Virus record (IMG/VR): IMGVR_UViG_3300032285_003395
Location: 33,666-97,665 of that record
DNA length: 64,000 bases
Reading direction: 5' to 3' (one strand)
Origin: a virus
Shown here: in pieces, positions 30,749-38,468 of the stretch
Numbering within the stretch: position 1 is the first letter of the stretch
How the letters are laid out: each line of letters begins with the position of its first letter
Translations under genes and position numbers: made by a program
The notes under the pieces: model-generated
Told to the model about the DNA's origin: nothing
Seen by the model: the letters and a program-made list of their open reading frames with translations, nothing else
Databases searched by the model: none

Positions 30749-30838
30749 TTATTTTAATAGACAACAAAGTAAAACTAATAAAGGAATTAATAATATTCCC
30801 AAAACTATCAAATGCTGTTGTTTTTCTTCTTTATTCAT
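30749..30838 (-). CDS. 29-aa single-TM peptide (not in the ORF track)
   Basis: MNKEEKQQHLIVLGILLIPLLVLLCCLLK with an A-rich leader, between the two tRNA-like RNAs. Confidence 0.5.
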   Translation of the reverse strand: MNKEEKQQHLIVLGILLIPLLVLLCCLLK

Positions 30839-30854
30839 AATTATTTAATTTTTG

Positions 30855-30947
30855 TAGTCAGGACAGGATTCGAACCTGTATGATAACACGACCTATTGAT
30901 TATCGGTTGTTATCTACGTATAGCGTCTACCATTCCGCCACCTGACT
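30855..30947 (-). ncRNA. tRNA-like RNA 2: same scaffold, different central hairpin
   Basis: AGTCAGGTGGCGGAATGGTAGACGC...GATAACA/TGTTATC stem...ACAGGTTCGAATCCTGTCCTGACT. Confidence 0.7.
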
Positions 30948-31058
30948 ATATTGCTTGTCTTTCCAAGCTGTCACCAAGTTTATTAAAGCAGGATATTAAC
31001 TGAGGAAAACAATGGTTAAAACCAAGCCATCAGCATAGAATTATTTATTTATTTTCTT

Positions 31059-31430
31059 CTATACCATATTTTTTTTAACTAATTTAAAATTTCTTATTTT
31101 TTCTACAAGTTCTTTCATAGTATATTCAGGAATATTAAACCCTCTTTCTGTACCATTTGAATTTTTGTAAGTTAACTCATTGCCTTTTTCATCATAAGTA
31201 TATTCTTTCCAATTACCGCTTGAATCTTTATAGGTTAGTATATTGCCTTTTTTATCATAAGTATATTCTTCCCAATAACCATATGAGTTTTTACAGGTTA
31301 ATACATAACCATTCTCATCATAAGTACACTCATACCATACACCCCTTAAACCTTTGGAATAACTATAAACCATTTTACCTTGTTCGTTAAAAAGTTTTAA
31401 GTTTTCGTTTTTTCCTAATGCATTTTTCAT
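31059..31430 (-). CDS. YD-like repeat protein
   Basis: YTYDxxGNxLTYKxSxG repeated three to four times. Confidence 0.7.
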   Translation of the reverse strand: MKNALGKNENLKLFNEQGKMVYSYSKGLRGVWYECTYDENGYVLTCKNSYGYWEEYTYDKKGNILTYKDSSGNWKEYTYDEKGNELTYKNSNGTERGFNIPEYTMKELVEKIRNFKLVKKNMV

Positions 31431-31459
31431 AATTTGTTTGTTTTTAATGTTGTTAAATC

Positions 31460-31663
31460 TTAATTATTTTTTAATTTATTCCATACTCCATTTTCTTTTA
31501 ATTCATTTGCTAAATCAATAATACCTTGATTAACAGTAGACTCTGTAAATGTAGCTTGAATAAGTAAACCTTTCATTATGTCTAAATATTCATTAATATC
31601 TAAATCATCATGCTCTGTTTCTACTGTATAAGTTGTTTTGTAACTTGTTAATTGAAGTCTCAT
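31460..31663 (-). CDS. Hypothetical protein
   Basis: ORF. Confidence 0.55.
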   Translation of the reverse strand: MRLQLTSYKTTYTVETEHDDLDINEYLDIMKGLLIQATFTESTVNQGIIDLANELKENGVWNKLKNN

Positions 31664-31694
31664 ATTTATTTGTTTTAACTATGCAAAGAATATA

Positions 31695-31958
31695 TTATTT
31701 TAAAATAATTGTTGATTGATTATAAGTAGATTTACCATAAGGCTGCTTTGTTACAATCACTTCAGGAGTTTGTGTATTAGTATCTAATGGAATAAAAATC
31801 CAAACATCTCTATCATATTCATTTGGCGCTATTTTTATAAACTTATACTTTTTACCATTAATTTTATAAATAAATTGAGGATTACTTGTTGTTTCATCTT
31901 CATCACAACAAGAAGTTAATAATGTAATTAATGCTAATGCTAATAATAATTTTTTCAT
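31695..31958 (-). CDS. Putative lipoprotein
   Basis: MKKLLLALALITLLTSC lipobox-like signal. Confidence 0.65.
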   Translation of the reverse strand: MKKLLLALALITLLTSCCDEDETTSNPQFIYKINGKKYKFIKIAPNEYDRDVWIFIPLDTNTQTPEVIVTKQPYGKSTYNQSTIILK

Positions 31959-32227
31959 ATATTATTTGTTTTTAAATTTTGATTTTTATGAATTGGTTTA
32001 TTCAATTGTTCCATAATAAATTCAGGACTTTCTCCAGTTAGTCTAATTAATTCTATTATTTGATAGACTTGCATTTCATTATACATTTTCTTGTCTTGTT
32101 CTTGTTGCCATTTAGCACCTGCTATAAAAGCATTAAGTATTTTAGTATTGTTTCCTCCTCCCATTGTACCTGGATTTTCACTCCTGAATTTTTCAGCAGC
32201 TTCTTCAAGTGTTTCTTGTTGTTTCAT
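31955..32227 (-). CDS. Conserved phage hypothetical protein
   Basis: QETLEEAAE...FIAGAKWQQE motif. Confidence 0.65.
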   Translation of the reverse strand: MKQQETLEEAAEKFRSENPGTMGGGNNTKILNAFIAGAKWQQEQDKKMYNEMQVYQIIELIRLTGESPEFIMEQLNKPIHKNQNLKTNNI

Positions 32228-32368
32228 AAATTAAAAATTTATTTTTGATGAAATAGTTAAAGTTATAGGTTTATGTAAATAAACATATTTAACTTCTTGA
32301 AGGAATTTTAAGTAATCTTTTATTCCTTGATCTGTATTGTAAGCATGATTATTCATAATTGATTTAAT

Positions 32369-32503
32369 TTAGTTTTCTAAAAATGAAGCTAATAACATAC
32401 CAAAATATAAAAATATAAATAATAGTATGATAAATAGCCAAGATAAAATAAAGTCTTTTTTATTGCTTTTGTAATGTCTTATTAGTTCAAATATCACTAA
32501 CAT
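32369..32503 (-). CDS. Small membrane protein
   Basis: Start moved to the ATG at 32503, downstream of the terminator hairpin. Confidence 0.45.
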   Translation of the reverse strand: MLVIFELIRHYKSNKKDFILSWLFIILLFIFLYFGMLLASFLEN

Positions 32504-32522
32504 AATTTTAATTTTAATAGTT

Positions 32523-32558
32523 AAAAAAAACCCATTTATAGTTAAGCCAAAATGGGGC
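32523..32558 (-). terminator. Intrinsic terminator inside the early operon
   Basis: CCCATTT-tggcttaactat-AAATGGG followed by T8 on the minus strand. Confidence 0.65.
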
Positions 32559-32574
32559 AAAAAGCTTTTAATTT

Positions 32575-32769
32575 TTATTTACCATAGATAATGTAATCTT
32601 TAATTTGTATTGATTCTTTACTGCCATAATATGGATTACATTTAGACATACATTCTTTATATCTACTCTCTATATTTTGTGTTAAAATAAATTTAATAAA
32701 GAGTGTGTAAAGAAATGCAAGTAACATTGAAATTAAGAAAACTTTGTTAATTTGTAAAAATTTAATCAT
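32575..32769 (-). CDS. Small membrane protein
   Basis: N-terminal hydrophobic helix. Confidence 0.5.
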   Translation of the reverse strand: MIKFLQINKVFLISMLLAFLYTLFIKFILTQNIESRYKECMSKCNPYYGSKESIQIKDYIIYGK

Positions 32770-33080
32770 AGTAAATAGTTTAAGGTTAAAAAAAAGTATG
32801 GTTTTTCCTCACCAAAAAGCTTTTATTGTATGAAGTCCAATAAATAAGTCCTGTTTAATTTGTGTTTTACACCTAAAACTATAATTATTTATAGAAACTG
32901 GTGTCCTTAACATCTTGGAAAGAGTTAAGTTTTTTTTATTTTGCTATATTATGTAACTTTTGGGTAAAATTAAAAATAGTTAAATGGTAAATGAGGTGCT
33001 CTCCAGCCTTCTTACCCCACTTACCACCCACTATTACTAACAAAAAAAGGGTATTATAGATACCAAACTTGGGATAATGC

Positions 33081-33181
33081 TTATGGTTTTGAATAAATCA
33101 AAAGTTAATGACCATAATAAAGTTTATCCTATTAAATTAGTTTAAGGTTTTGAATTAGATTCAAAAGTTAATGACCTTAAA
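33081..33181 (-). repeat. Two tandem bulged hairpins sharing GGTCATTAACTTTTGA
   Basis: Copies at 33081-33117 and 33141-33181; outer stems differ in sequence but still pair. Confidence 0.75.
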
Positions 33182-33381
33182 TTTATTTAATTTTTTGTTA
33201 GTTTAAAAAAATAAATTATTAATTTATTAATTTAGAAAATAAATAATTTATTTTTGAATTAAAACAATAAATTAAAAATTAGGAAAATTTTGACACTTCC
33301 AATGTTAAGATAATGTTAAATTTTTTATAATTTTTTAAATAAAAATAACTAAATAATTGAATATTTACAATTATTAATTTT

Positions 33382-33418
33382 AAAAAGTAATATAAGGGGG
33401 CAAAGCCCCCATATTACT
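33382..33418 (-). terminator. Intrinsic terminator after 33417-33821
   Basis: GGGGGC-ttt-GCCCCC core, extended AT stem, T5. Confidence 0.8.
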
Positions 33419-33821
33419 ATTGCCACACAGCATTTGCTCTTTCAGCAGCTTCTTGTTTTTCAACATCAAAATCTTTAAGTAGACCTTTCACTGTGAAATA
33501 TCTAGGTCCATTTTTTGTGTTATCATCTGCTCTTTTAGAAACTACAACTTCACAATTATCCAGAGTCGTCAAAGGCTTTACTGTAAAGGGTGTGCCATCT
33601 TTTTTGAGAGCAGAGCCAAGTTTTCTCCAAGATATTTGAATACCTGCATGAGAATACTCTCCAACAAATTCTAGATCAAATCGTTGAACCTCAGAGTTAT
33701 CTTGTTTAGAGCGAGTAATTTCACTTGAAATAATTTTACAAGTGTTTGCACCAATAGGAATAGTATCTAATACTATGTAAGTGCTAGTGTCTGTTGGGTT
33801 TACCGTGGAATTGGTTTGCAT
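33417..33821 (-). CDS. Hypothetical protein; first gene of the leftward arm, monocistronic
   Basis: 134-aa ORF with its own terminator. Confidence 0.65.
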   Translation of the reverse strand: MQTNSTVNPTDTSTYIVLDTIPIGANTCKIISSEITRSKQDNSEVQRFDLEFVGEYSHAGIQISWRKLGSALKKDGTPFTVKPLTTLDNCEVVVSKRADDNTKNGPRYFTVKGLLKDFDVEKQEAAERANAVWQ

Positions 33822-34005
33822 AATTTAAAATTTTTAATGTTAGTAAATGACGGGAGTATTTCAAAATCCCGAAGTTAGGCTGGGCTTGGTTGGGGAGGGT
33901 ACTCCAACTCTTAGTGTCAAAAAAATTTTTTAGGGTAGGGGGTAAAAAAATTTTAAAAAAAAATTTTCAGGTTTTACAAGGCTTCCAAAAATTTTTTAAA
34001 ATAAT

Positions 34006-34038
34006 TTTGTTCTAATTAAAAATTTTTACTTAGCTTTG
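34006..34038 (+). promoter_or_regulatory. Bacteroidota sigmaA promoter (TTTG-N21-TAGCTTTG)
   Basis: Both -33 and -7 elements with canonical spacing. Confidence 0.65.
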
Positions 34039-34041
34039 CAA

Positions 34042-34464
34042 AAGTTTTTTCACTGAGACAAATTCTAATGCCCTGAGATTTGAACTGAAAAGTTGGTTGG
34101 TAAGGATTTCATTAGATAGTTTTAAATAAGGTAGGACCTCCCAGGATAACAAGATCACCTGAAGGGTAAGGAGAGGAAAGTTAAAAGTTTAAATAGAGTA
34201 ATTCTACTTTTAATGTATACAGGATAGTAAGTAACCTAAGTAGCAATATATGGTTATTTATAAACCAACTACTCAATAGAAACAAAGAAACTAATCTTAT
34301 TAAAACTAAAGTTAGCCTGTTCATTCGGGGTAACCTTTCTATGTTTAAGAGTAACTATCTAACTTATTAGTTAGAAGGTTATAACTATATCTGCTAATTT
34401 TTTATTATATTTTTTTTTAAGTACCAGTATATTCTGTAAAAAGAATTGCTGGTATTTTTTTTTT
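34042..34464 (+). ncRNA. Candidate ncRNA of about 420 nt
   Basis: No ORF of 60 aa or more; bounded by a promoter and a terminator. Confidence 0.4.
34419..34464 (+). terminator. Intrinsic terminator
   Basis: AAGTACCAGTA...TGCTGGTATTT followed by a T-tract. Confidence 0.7.
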
Positions 34465-34488
34465 ATTACTAATTGAAAAAAAATATTA

Positions 34489-34496
34489 TATATTTG
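34489..34496 (+). promoter_or_regulatory. Bacteroidota -7 element (TATATTTG)
   Basis: Consensus match before the first late-arm gene; similar sites at 35083, 41726 and 44264. Confidence 0.55.
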
Positions 34497-34520
34497 CAAA
34501 ATATTTTTAAACTAATTATA

Positions 34521-34730
34521 ATGACACCTAAACAAATAGCTAAAAAATTATTAGAAGATTATGTAACATTGTTGACTGGTAATTTACACAATGAAAAAGA
34601 TATGATACTCTATGCTGCTAATTGTAGTATTGTAGCAGTTAATTATTTAATTACTACTACCAAAGCAAAACTTTGGTATGATGTTAGACATGAGATTAAT
34701 AAATTAATTAATAAAGAAATTAAAGAGTAA
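34521..34730 (+). CDS. Small phage protein, MTPK family (paralog-like to 5149-5364)
   Basis: MTPKQIAKKL...CSIVAV...WYDVRHEINKL. Confidence 0.6.
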   Translation: MTPKQIAKKLLEDYVTLLTGNLHNEKDMILYAANCSIVAVNYLITTTKAKLWYDVRHEINKLINKEIKE

Positions 34731-34733
34731 GTT

Positions 34734-35051
34734 ATGTGTAGACTATTATGTATAGATGATACTAACAGACCTAAAGAAATACCTAAAGATAAATGGGTAG
34801 TTAAAGATGCAGAGTATACTGCTATTTGGATTACTATACATCCTACTCAAGGGAATATACAAGGAGTTTTACTTGAGGAACTTACTTTAGATGAATCTTG
34901 TTTACCCTATGAAACATTTAAATTAAATAGGTTTGCTATTCATAAAGATGACTTAGAAAAGTTTTTAGAGTTAGCTCAAGATTGTAGTGAATTTAATAAA
35001 GAAGAAATAGAAGAGATGTTAAAAAAAGATTTAGTTGTATTAGATAATTAA
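34734..35051 (+). CDS. Conserved phage hypothetical protein
   Basis: CIDDxNRPxEIPxxKW...L.E..L...C.PY..F...RF. Confidence 0.65.
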   Translation: MCRLLCIDDTNRPKEIPKDKWVVKDAEYTAIWITIHPTQGNIQGVLLEELTLDESCLPYETFKLNRFAIHKDDLEKFLELAQDCSEFNKEEIEEMLKKDLVVLDN

Positions 35052-35115
35052 AAATAAATATACATTTAATAAAAAAATATATTACCTTTGCCAAAATATT
35101 TTAAATAAAAAATTC

Positions 35116-35526
35116 ATGAACATACTAAAACAACAATTTAAAAATAATAAAAAGGATGGCTTTATCCAAAGGGTAAGGATTCTTTTAGCAACCAAAGGGT
35201 TGTTACTATCAGATAAAACTTATGAGGTTTTATATTGGTTATTGTATTATATATTAGAGCAAGATCAAAAGTTAGATGGTAAAACTTTTAAAAATATGAA
35301 CCAAATGCATGTAGCTATTGCAAAAGAAATAGGAGTTTATTCTTCTTATGTAGGAGCTTATATTAATGATAGGTTAATTAAGAATAATATTATTACAAAA
35401 CAAATGAGTATTTCAAGTGATAAGTTTTCTAAAGCTAAGATAGAGAAATATGAAATACCTAATTGGTTAATTACATTATATAACAGTCAAGATTTTAAAC
35501 TAGAAATAACATTAAATTATGAATAA
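35116..35526 (+). CDS. Hypothetical protein, possible wHTH DNA-binding
   Basis: IAKEIGVxxSYV...L. Confidence 0.45.
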   Translation: MNILKQQFKNNKKDGFIQRVRILLATKGLLLSDKTYEVLYWLLYYILEQDQKLDGKTFKNMNQMHVAIAKEIGVYSSYVGAYINDRLIKNNIITKQMSISSDKFSKAKIEKYEIPNWLITLYNSQDFKLEITLNYE

Positions 35527-35710
35527 GAGTATTATAGATTTAATTAAACAATATAATTCTAAGTATAGAAAATTTTTAATTATGAATAATGTAACTTATC
35601 AAACTTTAAAAAGAGAGATGGGTTTAGAAGACTATGAGGACTTAACTAACTATAAAAATCTAACTATATGTATTAGTTTAGATGATAGTATAAATGTAAT
35701 ATTAGTATAA
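35519..35710 (+). CDS. Hypothetical protein
   Basis: ORF. Confidence 0.45.
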   Translation: MNKSIIDLIKQYNSKYRKFLIMNNVTYQTLKREMGLEDYEDLTNYKNLTICISLDDSINVILV

Positions 35711-35887
35711 TGATTAAGATAGTAAGTTTTATTAATGTATTAATTTTTATTTATGTATCTATCTTAATACATTTTTTGTATAAGAGTAAGGATAATTTAA
35801 AATTATTTATAAATAAAACTTATAAAATTATAATTTTTATTTTAATTTACATAATTTTTATTTATATATTTTATTTAATATAATTAA

Positions 35888-36166
35888 ATGGAACATATTT
35901 ATAATACTGTAGCAGAAAGATTAGGTATTGATCCTAAAGAAGTAGAGTTAATTTATAAAGATTATACATCTATTATAAGAAAAGAAATGTTATTAACTCC
36001 AGAAAGAGAAATTTATATGGAGAAATTTGGTAAGTTTGTACCAAGTATTTTTAAACTAAAAAATAAACTAAGAGCTGCGTTTAAAAAAAGAAATAAAGAA
36101 AGAGTAAAGATTATTATAAACACATTAAAACAATTAAATTATAAACCCAAAAAACACACACAATGA
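35888..36166 (+). CDS. HU/IHF-like DNA-binding protein
   Basis: VAERLGIDxKEVELI...EIYMEKFGKF. Confidence 0.65.
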   Translation: MEHIYNTVAERLGIDPKEVELIYKDYTSIIRKEMLLTPEREIYMEKFGKFVPSIFKLKNKLRAAFKKRNKERVKIIINTLKQLNYKPKKHTQ

Positions 36167-36588
36167 CTATTAAAGAATTTAAAGAAAAAAGTATTCCAGA
36201 ATTTGATTTTGAAATACAAAAAGAAAAACACTTATTAGTTCAATGTTTTTTTCACAAAAGTGAATTAGCATCTCAACTAGTAGGTATAGACAAACAAGCT
36301 ACAGAGATTAAAAATGCTTTTAAAGTATTAAAGGTAGGACCTAATTCTACTTTTAGTGTAGGAGATATTATTTCTGTACCAGATAACTTTGTAGACAGAC
36401 CAATTGTTAGTTACAAACATCCAGAAGGAAATGATCCTAATAAAGAAGCAAGACCTGTGTTTGGTTCTTACCTACAAGGTATGATGCCATTTGCTTTCTA
36501 TTGTCATAAACTAGAAGAGCCAGAGAAACCTTTGGAATTAACTTTCTTTATTCCAGAAGATATTGTTACAGTAAAACATAATTTTTAA
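36163..36588 (+). CDS. GroES-like co-chaperonin (divergent)
   Basis: LLV...ASQLVG...KVLKVG...VGD...EDIV layout. Confidence 0.45.
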   Translation: MTIKEFKEKSIPEFDFEIQKEKHLLVQCFFHKSELASQLVGIDKQATEIKNAFKVLKVGPNSTFSVGDIISVPDNFVDRPIVSYKHPEGNDPNKEARPVFGSYLQGMMPFAFYCHKLEEPEKPLELTFFIPEDIVTVKHNF

Positions 36589-36607
36589 TTTAATAAATAT
36601 AAACAAA

Positions 36608-36925
36608 ATGAAATTTTTAATGAACCAAGATAAAAATGTAGAAAAACATTCTTACTCAATGTCTAAAAGCTCAGAGAGTGAGATCTTTACACTTACTAAA
36701 AAGAATGATAAAGAAGATATTACCAAGACAGTAGAAAAGATTTCTAATGGTTGGTTGCTTTCTGTAGAGATTTATAATACAGAAAAAGGTACTTGGAAGT
36801 GTATTAAAAAATACTTTGAGAACAATCCTTTGATGGAAACTAAGGAGCAAGAAGAGAAAGAAAAAGATTCTAAAACAGGAATGTCAGAGTTTGATGAGAA
36901 CTGGGATATTCTAGAACTAAAATAA
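36608..36925 (+). CDS. Hypothetical protein
   Basis: ORF with VEKISNGW motif. Confidence 0.55.
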   Translation: MKFLMNQDKNVEKHSYSMSKSSESEIFTLTKKNDKEDITKTVEKISNGWLLSVEIYNTEKGTWKCIKKYFENNPLMETKEQEEKEKDSKTGMSEFDENWDILELK

Positions 36926-36929
36926 AACT

Positions 36930-37235
36930 ATGTTTGCAAATCCTAATGCTAAAAATCCTGCAAAGATAACTTTAAAAAATGTAAAGAACTACCTCTCTGC
37001 TCAAGTTAGAGAGGCTGGTTTTTTACCTGAATGGGAGAAGGAACAAGTAATGTGGAGAGTTGAAGCTGCTAAACCTTGTACTTTAAATGGAAGTTGTTTT
37101 GAATGTGGATGTGAAACTCCTGATTTATATTATGGAACAGATGGTTGTAAAAGAAAAGAAAACCCTTGCTTTCCTAGTATGATGAATAAAGAAACTTGGG
37201 AACAATTTAAAATTGATAACAATATAAAATTATAA
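36930..37235 (+). CDS. Cys-rich (zinc-binding-like) protein
   Basis: CxxxGxCxxCGC...C...C.P. Confidence 0.65.
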   Translation: MFANPNAKNPAKITLKNVKNYLSAQVREAGFLPEWEKEQVMWRVEAAKPCTLNGSCFECGCETPDLYYGTDGCKRKENPCFPSMMNKETWEQFKIDNNIKL

Positions 37236-37237
37236 TA

Positions 37238-37543
37238 ATGGACACACAAGCAAAACTAATATTTTCTCCAAGCAGTTATACTTTGACTGGAGGAAGAGAC
37301 ACAACACAATCAGGTGTATTTAAAGTAACTAATGATAGTACTATAGATTTTGTTTGTAGAAGTATTACAGCTAGTTGTGGTTGTACTACTCCTACAGGAA
37401 TTGCTACAGGTACTATTATTAACCCAGGAGAAAGTGTAGATCTAGAATTTTTTATTAATTTAAAATCTCCTGGTACAAAATATGTTTATATATTTGGTAA
37501 TGCAGAAACTATTACATTGCCAATTTCTTTACAACTAACTTAA
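37238..37543 (+). CDS. DUF1573-like Ig-fold protein
   Basis: FxVxN...ITASCGCTTP...INPGES. Confidence 0.75.
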   Translation: MDTQAKLIFSPSSYTLTGGRDTTQSGVFKVTNDSTIDFVCRSITASCGCTTPTGIATGTIINPGESVDLEFFINLKSPGTKYVYIFGNAETITLPISLQLT

Positions 37544-37549
37544 TGTCTT

Positions 37550-38074
37550 ATGGCTAAATCAAATGAAGAGGTTTTCAATGCCCCAAATCTTAATTATATA
37601 TTTGAAGGAAACTTTGAATTGGAAGAAATAAATAATGCTATTTCTTTTTTTAATAATAATGAATCACCTGTTAACTTTTTTATAGATACTCCTGGTGGAT
37701 ATGTAAGTTATGTTTATATACTGTCACTAGTTATTGAAGAGTATAAAGATGTTATTCTTTATCCTATTCAAGAGTGTTCTAGTTCAGGGTTTTTATTATT
37801 ATTAAATACAACAGTACCTATAAAACTAATTGATAGAACAATTAGATGTTCAGTTCATTTTCCTAGAATAGATACTACATTTGATTTAAATAAAAATCAT
37901 ATATATCCAAAAGAAGATTTTAAAATTAAAACTAAAAATAATATCTTTATTGAACAACTAAAGAATATAAACATTAGTTCTAAATTAAAAAGTAAACTAC
38001 TAAGAGGAGAAGATGTAATACTTTATTATGAAGATTTATTAGAAATTTTTAAAGATAGAATAATACATGAGTAA
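37550..38074 (+). CDS. ClpP-like serine protease
   Basis: FIDTPGG (cf. INSPGG), CSSSG nucleophile region, VHFP (cf. MIHQP). Confidence 0.6.
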   Translation: MAKSNEEVFNAPNLNYIFEGNFELEEINNAISFFNNNESPVNFFIDTPGGYVSYVYILSLVIEEYKDVILYPIQECSSSGFLLLLNTTVPIKLIDRTIRCSVHFPRIDTTFDLNKNHIYPKEDFKIKTKNNIFIEQLKNINISSKLKSKLLRGEDVILYYEDLLEIFKDRIIHE

Positions 38075-38468
38075 TAATAATTTAGAAATTAGAAAAAACA
38101 AAAAGTTTAAAGAAGTTTTTTCAAATAAAGAATTCTTTACTGGTGAGACTGTACTATTTATATGTTGTGAAGAGTCTAAGATACCTACCCAATACACAAT
38201 ACAATTAGATATAAATTACCATGTATTAGATCCTATTGTAAAATATATTAAACATTCTTTTGATCCTAATGTTAAAGTAGTGGGGCACTCCTTAGTAGCT
38301 ACTAGAAAAATAAAAGTTGGTGATGAAATAAAAAGAAATTTTTATGATACAGAAGAAGTTATTGTAAAAGAATTTATTGATAGAGAGACAGGAGAAAAAG
38401 TTAATACAAAAAATTTATATAATTATAAATACGGAGAAGATGGATTATTGTTTGATACAGAATACTAA
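38067..38468 (+). CDS. Divergent SET-domain protein
   Basis: YIKHSFDPN...LVATRKIKVGDEIKRNFYDTE (cf. NHSCxPN...AxRDIxxGEELTxDY). Confidence 0.7.
   Translation: MSNNNLEIRKNKKFKEVFSNKEFFTGETVLFICCEESKIPTQYTIQLDINYHVLDPIVKYIKHSFDPNVKVVGHSLVATRKIKVGDEIKRNFYDTEEVIVKEFIDRETGEKVNTKNLYNYKYGEDGLLFDTEY

Noticed and set aside
30621-30947. Calling the two elements functional tRNA-Leu genes, or a CRISPR-like repeat-spacer array
   Set aside because: No canonical anticodon arm; only two copies, unequal inserts, and no cas genes.
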